From IMG/VR virus record IMGVR_UViG_3300046507_000407: a stretch of 64,000 nt of DNA. One strand, written 5' to 3'. This document shows, one piece after another, positions 56,159 to 64,000 of this stretch. Numbering within the stretch: position 1 is the first letter of the stretch; each line of letters opens with the position of its first letter. The stretch comes from an uncultured virus (IMG/VR IMGVR_UViG_3300046507_000407). Its lineage: Duplodnaviria > Heunggongvirae > Uroviricota > Caudoviricetes > Schitoviridae. The position numbers were made by a program, and so were the translations under genes. The notes beneath the pieces were generated by a model, which worked only from the letters and a program-made list of their open reading frames with translations, was not told the origin of the DNA and made no database searches.

Positions 56159-58426
56159 TTAGGCCGGTCGGCTGAGAGGTTGCGCGGGTTGCGGTACCCC
56201 AAAGTTAGTTTGGGGGATTGTAGGGTTTGCAACGGGCGCTTGTCCAGCACCAGACTGAGCTTTCGACAGTGCGTTGTACCCCACTGCCGCTTCAATATCC
56301 GGTTTGGACTCCGCACCATTGGCCTGCTTGCGCTTGGCGAGCAGTGCCTTGGTGACTTCGAGCTGCTGGTTACCTTCAGCCTGGCCCGCCTGCTTCTCCA
56401 TATCGCGGGCATGCTTGGTGCCAGTTTCCTGCTCGACGAAGTCGAGGTTGGCCTTGTCCGTCTCAGCGCCGGCCTTGCCTGCCTGTGCCCGGTAGTAATC
56501 TGCCTGAGCCTCGTTGCGGTCAATCTCTGACTGCTCCTTCTGCAACTGGAGCTGCTGCAACTTCTGCTGGAACGGATCGGGTTGCGGCTGGAAGGTGGCA
56601 ATCTTGTGAGCCAGGTCCGGCATACGCTTCAGCCGTGCGATCTCACTGAGAATGAGTGCCGTGAAACTCCAGTCCGCCTTCGGTCCCAGCGTCTGCAACA
56701 TGAACGCCAGATCCTGGGCCTGCTGGTTATCGATCTCGGCGGTGGAGATGTCCACCTTCAGATCGAAGTTGCCGATCAGATCGTCCCGGTTGACCGTCTC
56801 GAACTTTTCGTTGGTCACCCGTACGACTTCCTTGTCCGACAGGAAGGCCTGATTCATCGACACGATTTTCATGCCGATCTGCGTCATACCAAAGGCAAGA
56901 CGCCGCAGGATCGACATCTCACGCTTTGCCGCGGCGTCCAGTGCACCCTTGATGCCGGCCGCGACCTGCCCGTAGGCTTCACCCGACACACCACCGCTGA
57001 AGCTCTTCACACCGGTGAGGGCTTCCGCATCCTGGTTCATGTACTGGACCATGGTGAGCGCCGACTGCGGCAGCTCCGGATACTTGTGCTCGATCAGCCC
57101 CTGCTGGATCGGCATGTTCGGGTTGAACTCGTAGTCCTGCCCGTTCTCGTACCGACGGCGGTTCAGCGGGTCAAGCATGCCCTTGGCAAAGCCCTGCTGG
57201 CCATTGGCCGAGCGGCCCATCAGATCGATCATGCCCCGGGTGACAGCACCCAGAATCTTCTGGTTGTCCTCCAGCATCTCCGCATCCGGCTCGCCGTAGG
57301 CAGCACGCTTGATCGGCAGATACGGCACCACCACAAACGGGATCTTCTGGTCCGGGAACGGATTGAGCTCCATCCGGATAACAGTGTCGGCAATCCAGGT
57401 GGCCACAATCGGCACCAGCGTCCCATCACCATTGATGTCGTACATGCCCCAGTATTCGTAGGCGACGACCTTCTTGCGGGACAGATCCTTGAACTGGAAG
57501 TCCTGCGGCGTACTGGTGGCGTGGTCCGGTTCCTGCACCGGCGAGGCGCCTTCCCAGTTCACCGCATCGAGGTTCTTGTAGCGATCCGGTTCCTTCTGCA
57601 GCTCGGCCTTGTTCGTCTCGAACGAGACGATGGCAAAGAGCGCCTTGTCCGTGTCGCCGTTGCAGCTCGGATCGAGGAAGAAGTTGCGGATGTCGATCAC
57701 CTCGGCCGTCGGCCGGTTCTCCAGCAGCTGATCGACCTCAACCGTCTCCATGCCGGTTTTCACGGCATAGGTCATCTGGCCATTCTCCTGGTAAAGGGAG
57801 ACGGCCGACTGCATCTCGGGCGGCACCTGCTCGGCGTAGGTCTTCGGATCCGTCTGAGCCAGGGACAAAGCCTGTTGCAGCGCCTGCATCTGCTGCTGGG
57901 TGTCGATCTCGAAGTGGGCAAACTTCGGCACCTGCTGCTTGACCTTCTTGCTCACCCGCTTCCAGCCGAGGCGCACGACCGACGTGCCTTCGTCGACCGT
58001 GCAGCGCACGAAGTCATCGACGAACTTCACCCGGTTCATCTTGGTGCGGAACTGCCAGTTCAGCACCAGCTCGTTCTGTTGCGCACCGGGCCTGTCTTCC
58101 CAGCTCGTGGGCTTGACCTCGAACAGCTTGTCTGAGCCAAGGAAAGGCTCGGAGAGCGCCGAGTAACGCCACTCGGCCTGACGCCGGATGAGCTTGGGCT
58201 GCACGGATGAGCGGCCCTTCACCTTCGGCGGAGCAGCCTTGCCCTTCACATCACGCAGGGCGACCCAGTGATTGATCCGGGTGACCTGCTCATCGTGCGA
58301 AGGCTTGGCCGCCTCCATGTCACCCTTGAGGATGTCGAGCGTCGGCTCGTTCTTCCAGGCGGTGAGTTTCTTGGGCGGTACACCCGGCGCCGGCAGAATC
58401 TGGTCAGGAGATTGGAGTTGTGTCAT
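56159..58426 (-). CDS. portal protein (N4 gp59-like)
   Basis: 755 aa; [61 protein letters not shown]. Confidence 0.95.
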   Translation of the reverse strand: MTQLQSPDQILPAPGVPPKKLTAWKNEPTLDILKGDMEAAKPSHDEQVTRINHWVALRDVKGKAAPPKVKGRSSVQPKLIRRQAEWRYSALSEPFLGSDKLFEVKPTSWEDRPGAQQNELVLNWQFRTKMNRVKFVDDFVRCTVDEGTSVVRLGWKRVSKKVKQQVPKFAHFEIDTQQQMQALQQALSLAQTDPKTYAEQVPPEMQSAVSLYQENGQMTYAVKTGMETVEVDQLLENRPTAEVIDIRNFFLDPSCNGDTDKALFAIVSFETNKAELQKEPDRYKNLDAVNWEGASPVQEPDHATSTPQDFQFKDLSRKKVVAYEYWGMYDINGDGTLVPIVATWIADTVIRMELNPFPDQKIPFVVVPYLPIKRAAYGEPDAEMLEDNQKILGAVTRGMIDLMGRSANGQQGFAKGMLDPLNRRRYENGQDYEFNPNMPIQQGLIEHKYPELPQSALTMVQYMNQDAEALTGVKSFSGGVSGEAYGQVAAGIKGALDAAAKREMSILRRLAFGMTQIGMKIVSMNQAFLSDKEVVRVTNEKFETVNRDDLIGNFDLKVDISTAEIDNQQAQDLAFMLQTLGPKADWSFTALILSEIARLKRMPDLAHKIATFQPQPDPFQQKLQQLQLQKEQSEIDRNEAQADYYRAQAGKAGAETDKANLDFVEQETGTKHARDMEKQAGQAEGNQQLEVTKALLAKRKQANGAESKPDIEAAVGYNALSKAQSGAGQAPVANPTIPQTNFGVPQPAQPLSRPA

Positions 58427-58965
58427 GGGGCGGTATCCGTGTTGAGGAGCTGGCGATCCGCCATCAGTTGCTGGCCGACTTGCACGAGCTGTCGGTCACG
58501 CAGTTCAACAGTTGCCCGGAGCTCTCCAACCAGAGATCGGCCCGCTTCAAGAGCCCGGTCGAGTTCGGCTGTATGGCCTGCGAGATCTGCGCACTGAGCG
58601 CCTCCGCCTTGGGCCTGACGTTGATAAATTGCGGCCCGGGCGGCACTGCGCTGCACGCTGAGATCAGCATCACGGCGCACAGCAGCAAGCTGTTGCGCGT
58701 GTGCTTCAGAAGCCGCATCGAGTGCGTCCGCTGCACGTTGGGAGTCATGGGCATGCTCTTTTTCCTTGTCCGCGTACTCAGCCCGGAGCCTGTCCGTGGC
58801 CTCGTTGCGCGCTATCTTGTCTGCATCCCATTTGGACTGGATCTCGGCTTTTCCGTGATCCACTCCAGATGAGTAGCAATACCAACCTGCTCCACCGACG
58901 ACGACTGCCGGCAACACACAGTAGAGCAGGAGTCTAGGTAGAACCATGGGAGGTCTCCCCTTCAT
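58423..58965 (-). CDS. i-spanin (Rz-like)
   Basis: N-terminal TM helix followed by coiled coil; downstream of endolysin. Confidence 0.8.
   Translation of the reverse strand: MKGRPPMVLPRLLLYCVLPAVVVGGAGWYCYSSGVDHGKAEIQSKWDADKIARNEATDRLRAEYADKEKEHAHDSQRAADALDAASEAHAQQLAAVRRDADLSVQRSAARAAIYQRQAQGGGAQCADLAGHTAELDRALEAGRSLVGELRATVELRDRQLVQVGQQLMADRQLLNTDTAP
58464..58718 (-). CDS. o-spanin (Rz1-like lipoprotein) embedded in the i-spanin
   Basis: [22 protein letters not shown] lipobox, Pro-rich linker; different frame, entirely inside the i-spanin. Confidence 0.75.
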   Translation of the reverse strand: MRLLKHTRNSLLLCAVMLISACSAVPPGPQFINVRPKAEALSAQISQAIQPNSTGLLKRADLWLESSGQLLNCVTDSSCKSASN

Positions 58966-59554
58966 CCTTGCACCGCTCTAGCGGCACGTTTCCGATACGG
59001 TTCGATACCCAGCCGGTTGTGTACTGGTTGAGTCCCGTGAGACTCATGTAATACACAGCCTGTTGGGCATCGAGTAACTTGACCACCAGCTCACAGGCCT
59101 GGACTCTTCCCCGAAGACGCTGCAATGCCTGGTACGCCTGAATTGTTCCTGGGCCGACTTTACCATCAACATAAGTTGAGGGGAAGTCACGCCCACCTCT
59201 GTTCAGGGAGTTGAGTGCTTTCTGGAGCCAGAGAGAAGGACGGGCCGGGCCAGTATTCACAGCACTGTCCACCAGTTCCTGTGCGACTGCCGGAGACAGT
59301 TTCAGGAACGGTTCAAAGCCCGGTTTCCGGATGTAATCTTCGAAGTAAATTGAGGTAGCCAGCTCCTGACTGAGACTCTTCATCGGGCCGGTGTAGCCGT
59401 GCTGCACCGCGACCGCCTGGGTGATCCCGTGATTGGTTTCTCCCCCTGGGTCTTTGGGGTCATTAACGTAGCCGCCTTCCACTGCGAAGACGGCTGCGAT
59501 AATGGCCGCTGCTACCCCACCAATCCCGGCTTTTTTCGCGTTACTGACTGGCAT
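58934..59554 (-). CDS. endolysin, GH108 N-acetylmuramidase with SAR-like N-terminus (N4 gp61-like)
   Basis: EGGYVNDPKDPGGETNHGIT, DSAVNTG, VDGKVGPGT, GWVSNRI; Gly/Ala-rich hydrophobic N-terminus. Confidence 0.92.
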   Translation of the reverse strand: MPVSNAKKAGIGGVAAAIIAAVFAVEGGYVNDPKDPGGETNHGITQAVAVQHGYTGPMKSLSQELATSIYFEDYIRKPGFEPFLKLSPAVAQELVDSAVNTGPARPSLWLQKALNSLNRGGRDFPSTYVDGKVGPGTIQAYQALQRLRGRVQACELVVKLLDAQQAVYYMSLTGLNQYTTGWVSNRIGNVPLERCKDEGETSHGST

Positions 59555-59795
59555 TATCGGTACCCTCCCTCAGCTGGTCGTGTGTCCACACGAGCACCCG
59601 GCTGATCATCACGGCAGCGAACAGCACCACGCCGACGGCAGGTGCATGCGGGATCCTGTCAAGTACAGGCTTGTCGATACCCGTCCAGACGCTATAGATG
59701 AGGTCAGCCGTCGAGGAGACGAAGCCGATACCCGACCACCACATGGATGCCCACGAGTGGGCCTTGTCTGCGTTTTCAACCAGCTTCAGTGCCAT
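59541..59795 (-). CDS. putative holin
   Basis: 84 aa, two hydrophobic segments, MKLVEN..AHSWASMW start, directly upstream of endolysin. Confidence 0.65.
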   Translation of the reverse strand: MALKLVENADKAHSWASMWWSGIGFVSSTADLIYSVWTGIDKPVLDRIPHAPAVGVVLFAAVMISRVLVWTHDQLREGTDNASQ

Positions 59796-59796
59796 G

Positions 59797-60144
59797 TCAT
59801 TTCCCTGTGAGCAGTGTGATCAGCCCCGTCTTGGCGGCGGCGATCAGACCGACCATGCCGAGAAGTGAGCCGGCTGCGCCCCAGATCCACTTGCCGGCAG
59901 CGCCTGCACCCTGGACCTTGTGCTTGATGGTGATGAACTCCTCGATGGTGGGTGCCTGGGTCTTCAGTGACTCCTCAACCTTCTGCATCCGGCCATCCAT
60001 GACGGCGAGCGTCTGCGACTGCTCTTCCATCTTCAGGTAGGTGGCCTTACGCGCGAGCTTGGCATCGTCCTGTTCGCGCACGATGTAGAGCAGTCGCTCT
60101 TCCATGCGTGCTAGCTGTACTGCGAGATTGACTTCGTCGCCCAT
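59797..60144 (-). CDS. lysis-cassette membrane protein (N4 gp63-like holin/antiholin)
   Basis: Coiled coil with C-terminal TM; PTIEEFITIKHKVQGAG..GKWIW. Confidence 0.7.
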   Translation of the reverse strand: MGDEVNLAVQLARMEERLLYIVREQDDAKLARKATYLKMEEQSQTLAVMDGRMQKVEESLKTQAPTIEEFITIKHKVQGAGAAGKWIWGAAGSLLGMVGLIAAAKTGLITLLTGK

Positions 60145-60161
60145 TTGCTGGCCTGTAAACG

Positions 60162-60201
60162 AAAAAAGGGGGAGCTCCGGCGATGTGCCTGGAACTCCCC
60201 C
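60162..60201 (-). terminator. intrinsic terminator upstream of the lysis cassette
   Basis: Minus strand GGGGGAGTTCC...GGAGCTCCCCC-TTTTTT. Confidence 0.75.
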
Positions 60202-60278
60202 TTGGTGAGCCGCAGATGGGCGTCACTGGGTTACGGAATGTACTCGGATGATACGCGAAGGCTGGTTAGCACTCCAGT

Positions 60279-60458
60279 TTAGTCGGAGGATTCGACCACA
60301 CTGGCGTTGGGATTCACAGACACCGGCACCTCCGGATCGATCACCTTGCGACTGGAGTGATTGAGCAGGTGCGGATTCGCTGCCAGCCAGTCATCCAGTG
60401 TCGGTGTCTTCCAGTTCGATGCAGCAATCTGCACGGTGTCGGTCGTTGTATCGGCCAT
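60279..60458 (-). CDS. small hypothetical protein (59 aa)
   Basis: GGGAG RBS; MADTTTDTVQIAASNWKTPTLDDWLAANPHLLNHSSRKVIDPEVPVSVNPNASVVESSD. Confidence 0.5.
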   Translation of the reverse strand: MADTTTDTVQIAASNWKTPTLDDWLAANPHLLNHSSRKVIDPEVPVSVNPNASVVESSD

Positions 60459-60508
60459 GTCTTTCTCCCTGGCTCAGGACACCCACCGCAGTGGGCGCCC
60501 TGCTCCGG

Positions 60509-61855
60509 TTACGCCTGCACTACACCCGGCTTCCAGTAAGACTGACGCTTCGTCTTGTTGGTGACCGTGAAGTTGTTGAAGGTGTAGAGACCAGCGTCCT
60601 GCACGTAGACCGTCGGTGACAGGCTGGTCGTGCCCGGTGTGACCTTGAACTCCTGCGAGAAGATCACGTCCCGGATGGTCTTGTCCGCATTGATCGGACG
60701 CACGTTTCCATTGCCGGCCGGATTCTCGACATCGATCGACACCGTCAGGCCACCTGCCGTGGCGAGGTTCAGTGCCGGACCCGTGACCCGGCCACTGAAT
60801 TCCAGCACGTCACCTGCCACCCAAGCAGCCGGATCGACCGAGCCAGCGAGTGCATAGGCACCGCCATTGGCGGCCATCGTGTACTTGAACAGGTTGCCGC
60901 TCGAACGGGCCAGTGCCGTGTCTGCCGTGCCCGGTACCAGTACCGTGGCATTGTCACCGACCGAACCTTCGCCCCAGCCACCCATGTAGCCTTCGGCCAC
61001 CTTGAAGTTGAAGCACCCGTTCTGCAGGATGTTGTGCAGACGGCCCGAGTCGGCCACTTCATTGGCCGAGGACAGGTACACCTGGTTGAGCGCCAGCTGC
61101 GGATTCTGCAGGAAGTACGACACATAGGCCGCAATCGCATCGGCACCGGCCTGATTCGGGTGGACCCCGTCATCGGACAGACCGGCACGGAAGCCACCGG
61201 TTGCTGTGTCACAGGTGAACTTGAACACGTCGATCAGCGGCAGGCCGTAGTACGCCGCGAGGTCGTACAGGAACGGGATGAAGTCACGCGTCTCCGACCA
61301 GCCCGTGTTGTCCTGGCCAAGGCCAGCCTGCGTCTTCGCCGGGGGCGTGACGAGGATCGGGATGATGCCATTGGCGAGCGACTGCTGGACGATCCACTCG
61401 TAGTCGTCGAGCACGTCGGCCATGCCGGCAAACGAGATGCCCGTGGTGATCGAGTTGGTGCCTGCCATAAACAGGATCGCTTCCGGCTGGAACGGCAGCA
61501 CGTCCGTGGCAAAACGGGCACGCATCTGCGCAACCGTGTTCCCACCGACGCCCGCATTGGCCAGGTACGTGAAGCGCGCAGCACGACGGATCGCATTCTC
61601 GGCATAGCCGTTGCCCGCCTGCCAGTAGCCGTTGTTCAGCGTCGAGCTGTTCTGCGTGATCGAGTCACCGAACGGCAGGATGCGGCGGATACGCGAGAGG
61701 TTCACTTCCTTGACCTTGTCCGAGCCAAGGATACGGAAGGCACCCGTGGCATCCTTCGATCCCCACTGGCCATTCTCATTCGGGAACAGCGAGCTGTAGC
61801 CGATGTCCGGCGTATCCGTCAGCGCTGCTGCGGTATTTTTCAGTACGAGTGGCAT
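60509..61855 (-). CDS. tail-associated SGNH/GDSL esterase with C-terminal beta-sandwich domain
   Basis: FGDSIT, NAGVGG, AGTNS, DGVHPN catalytic blocks; located in the tail gene cluster. Confidence 0.85.
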   Translation of the reverse strand: MPLVLKNTAAALTDTPDIGYSSLFPNENGQWGSKDATGAFRILGSDKVKEVNLSRIRRILPFGDSITQNSSTLNNGYWQAGNGYAENAIRRAARFTYLANAGVGGNTVAQMRARFATDVLPFQPEAILFMAGTNSITTGISFAGMADVLDDYEWIVQQSLANGIIPILVTPPAKTQAGLGQDNTGWSETRDFIPFLYDLAAYYGLPLIDVFKFTCDTATGGFRAGLSDDGVHPNQAGADAIAAYVSYFLQNPQLALNQVYLSSANEVADSGRLHNILQNGCFNFKVAEGYMGGWGEGSVGDNATVLVPGTADTALARSSGNLFKYTMAANGGAYALAGSVDPAAWVAGDVLEFSGRVTGPALNLATAGGLTVSIDVENPAGNGNVRPINADKTIRDVIFSQEFKVTPGTTSLSPTVYVQDAGLYTFNNFTVTNKTKRQSYWKPGVVQA

Positions 61856-62563
61856 TTATACCTCGATAAGGTAGCCATCCAGTTTGAGAGTGCCGTCCAC
61901 CGTGATGGCCATACGGAGGAAAGCCTGACTGTCGTCAGGAACGAAATAGGTCGTCCCTGCGGCAATTTTCCGGGGGGTGAAGCCACCGCTACCTGAGCCA
62001 GAGGAAGCAGGAAGCTGCGCAGCAGGTACCTTGCCGTCTGCCCCAAGCTGGGCCACACCGTTGATCGCACCGAGCTTTGAGGCCAGCAGGACATCCGGCT
62101 TGTTCAGGATGGCGCCCATGCCATTGGCTGCATTCCAGTCGGCCGGCACCTGTGCTGCGGGAATCGGCGGCAGCTGGTTACCCGGCACCTTGCCGTCGGC
62201 ACCGAGTGCCGCTACCCCATTGATCTCGCCCACCCGGTCAGCCGCCAGTGCCTCGACCCATGCGCCTTTCGAACGGGCGTAGGCCTTGACTGCATCGGTC
62301 GGCTCGGGAATCCCGAAGGTGGTACCCGGGGGGAAAATCAGCCCCTTGGCCAGATCCGCCAGCGAGACAAGGTTCGTCCATGCCGGGTCACCCTCACGGC
62401 GCCACTGGAGATACTGCTGGTCCGGGCTTTCCTGGAGTTCGATATCCCGCGGTGCCAGCAGGCTCATGTTGTCGGCCACGAACAGGATCTGCCCGAGTGC
62501 CGCATGCACTTCCTTCACAACCTGGTAGCTGTTGCCCAGCCGACTATCGACCAGTGTATTCAT
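61856..62563 (-). CDS. tail fibre / receptor-binding adaptor protein
   Basis: MNTLVDSRLGNSYQVVKEV N-terminus, LQWRREGDPAWTNL, two NGVA.LGADGKVP..QLP repeats. Confidence 0.75.
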   Translation of the reverse strand: MNTLVDSRLGNSYQVVKEVHAALGQILFVADNMSLLAPRDIELQESPDQQYLQWRREGDPAWTNLVSLADLAKGLIFPPGTTFGIPEPTDAVKAYARSKGAWVEALAADRVGEINGVAALGADGKVPGNQLPPIPAAQVPADWNAANGMGAILNKPDVLLASKLGAINGVAQLGADGKVPAAQLPASSGSGSGGFTPRKIAAGTTYFVPDDSQAFLRMAITVDGTLKLDGYLIEV

Positions 62564-62577
62564 GGTGAAACCCTCAG

Positions 62578-62766
62578 TTAGTCCTTCTTGAAGCGGTCTT
62601 TCACCGCCTTGCAATGTTCGATCCACTCGACGGTTTCGGGAGGCAGCTCGATGCCATTCTGGCGAAGGGCATCAAAGCCCTTCATCAGTGCATCAAGCTG
62701 ATCGCCCATGTCCATGTACGCATCTGCACGCAGTGGGCGTGGATCCACTTCGGTATGGATCTTCAT
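62578..62766 (-). CDS. small tail-associated protein
   Basis: RADAYMDMGDQLDALMK...AVKDRFKK, a motif common beside tail genes. Confidence 0.7.
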   Translation of the reverse strand: MKIHTEVDPRPLRADAYMDMGDQLDALMKGFDALRQNGIELPPETVEWIEHCKAVKDRFKKD

Positions 62767-63185
62767 GGCTGGGTCACCTGGAAAGTGGCATCGAGCATCG
62801 GAAACGCCGACACCCTGACTTCATAGGTGCCGGGTTGACTGAAGGACAGGTCGGCTGTGTCGTCCGTGCAGTCGTGAGCTACGCCCTGAACCGTGATTAC
62901 ACACGGATTCGGCAGCGTTAACAAGGTCATTCCAGAAAGAGTTGCCGGATTTTCCGGCCGGGCCGTGACAACACCATCCTTTACATAGTCCGTGAGCAGA
63001 CTAGCGGTGCCCTCGATCACACCCTCCCCCTGGAGCTCCAGCATCGAGCGGGGCACCGTGCCGAGCCACTGGATCCGACCGGTGGCCGGATCGTACTTCA
63101 CGAAGTTGACTGCAGGATCCGGTTGAACTTCCGGTTCCGGTGGGGGTGTCACTTCAAGTGCAGGCAGATCTTCTGCATCATTCAT
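62763..63185 (-). CDS. tail-associated hypothetical protein
   Basis: ORF 62763..63203, likely ATG 63185 overlapping the upstream stop. Confidence 0.65.
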   Translation of the reverse strand: MNDAEDLPALEVTPPPEPEVQPDPAVNFVKYDPATGRIQWLGTVPRSMLELQGEGVIEGTASLLTDYVKDGVVTARPENPATLSGMTLLTLPNPCVITVQGVAHDCTDDTADLSFSQPGTYEVRVSAFPMLDATFQVTQP

Positions 63186-64000
63186 CGCATTACTCCAAGA
63201 CACAGCATCGAGAACTGGCCAAGCAGTGCCCGGCCACCATCCCAGTTATTGCCGAAGTAGACACTGAAGGTGTGGGTGCCGGCTGATACGTCGATCTTCG
63301 AGGTAGCCGTGCCTGAGCTGGTGAAGTCCTTCTTCAGGGAAATCGCCGTGTCGAGGAAGGTCTGACCGTCCACCTTCACCACGCACCGGCTGTTCGTATC
63401 GAAATCCCGTGCACCAGCTATCCACGACACCATGGCCACAATGGCACAGGTATCCGGGTACGACACAGTCAGGTTGGCGAACGGACCGTCGAGCGTATTG
63501 GCGCCGCTGGAAAAATCATTACCCGTGCCCTGCGTGTAGGCAGGGACCGTCACCGAGTTGGGGCCGATCTTCAGCGTCGAGACCGCTGCATTGGTGATCT
63601 TGGCGTTGGTGATCGTCGCATCCCCGATCACCGCTGCGGCTACACTCAATGTCGGCACGCCATTCACGTTCTGGATGATGAACGGCTGCTGGCCGGCATA
63701 GCCGGGGTACGCCACGATGAACCGGTCCACCCGTACATTGAAGGCCGAGTAGTAGCCATTGTTCATCAGGTTAAAACCCGTGGCGTAACCATTCACGTCG
63801 ATGGTTACACCCCACTGCCCGTACAGTCCATTGACCGACTGGGCCACCTGGTTGATGGTCGTGGTGTGTCCGTTCAGTGTGGTCGTGACGGACTGGATCT
63901 GGGTAGCGGTGGCCGCATAGTTGTTGGCAACCGCGGTCTGGATGTTCTCGATCTTCGCGTCAACGTCGACACTGACCGAGGCCTCCACCGTGCTCATACG
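63182..64000 (-). CDS. central tail fibre / tail-tip J-like protein, C-terminal part (5' end outside window)
   Basis: QWGVTIDVNGYATGF...FNVRVDRFIV...PFII...IGDATITNAKI...LKI, DUF1983-like segment. Confidence 0.8.
   Translation of the reverse strand, partial: RMSTVEASVSVDVDAKIENIQTAVANNYAATATQIQSVTTTLNGHTTTINQVAQSVNGLYGQWGVTIDVNGYATGFNLMNNGYYSAFNVRVDRFIVAYPGYAGQQPFIIQNVNGVPTLSVAAAVIGDATITNAKITNAAVSTLKIGPNSVTVPAYTQGTGNDFSSGANTLDGPFANLTVSYPDTCAIVAMVSWIAGARDFDTNSRCVVKVDGQTFLDTAISLKKDFTSSGTATSKIDVSAGTHTFSVYFGNNWDGGRALLGQFSMLCLGVMR

Noticed and set aside
60202..60278. Possible tRNA or ncRNA between the tail and lysis genes
   Set aside because: No cloverleaf or T-loop consensus and only weak pairing; no tRNA genes were recognised in the window.
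1..64000. Integrase, cI-like repressor, terminase, reverse transcriptase, inteins or introns
   Set aside because: No such motifs were recognised in any ORF; terminase and early genes probably lie outside the window, so their absence here is uninformative.

Overview
The window is a 64-kb segment of an N4-like podovirus (Schitoviridae-type) genome of roughly 60% GC by eye; neither terminase nor the left-end early region is included. The + strand (1-35.1 kb) carries the split T7-like RNA polymerase II subunits, an AAA/vWA-peptidase pair, dCTP deaminase, ThyX, rIIA/rIIB, helicase, family A DNA polymerase, nuclease, primase, Sak4-like ATPase, SSB and a RuvC-like resolvase. The - strand (35.3-64 kb) carries the 3621-aa virion RNA polymerase, virion proteins, major capsid protein, portal, a spanin/endolysin/holin cassette and tail proteins including an SGNH esterase. 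The stand-out feature is a plasmid-type replication and partition module between the two RNAP II genes (about 1.9-3.76 kb). It comprises tandem centromere-like repeats, parA, a small parB-type gene, an HTH initiator-like gene, five palindromic iteron-like repeats, an AT-rich patch and two perfect inverted DnaA boxes. A dif-like (Xer) 28-mer also sits inside rIIB. Together these suggest an N4-like phage-plasmid, in a family whose characterised members are mostly lytic. Also seen are a six-copy intergenic motif (YTAGA-N6-TTTGWRG), several structured-RNA candidates and a dispersed GARCCARGG motif. All protein calls rest on motif recognition and N4 synteny from memory; no database searches were run.
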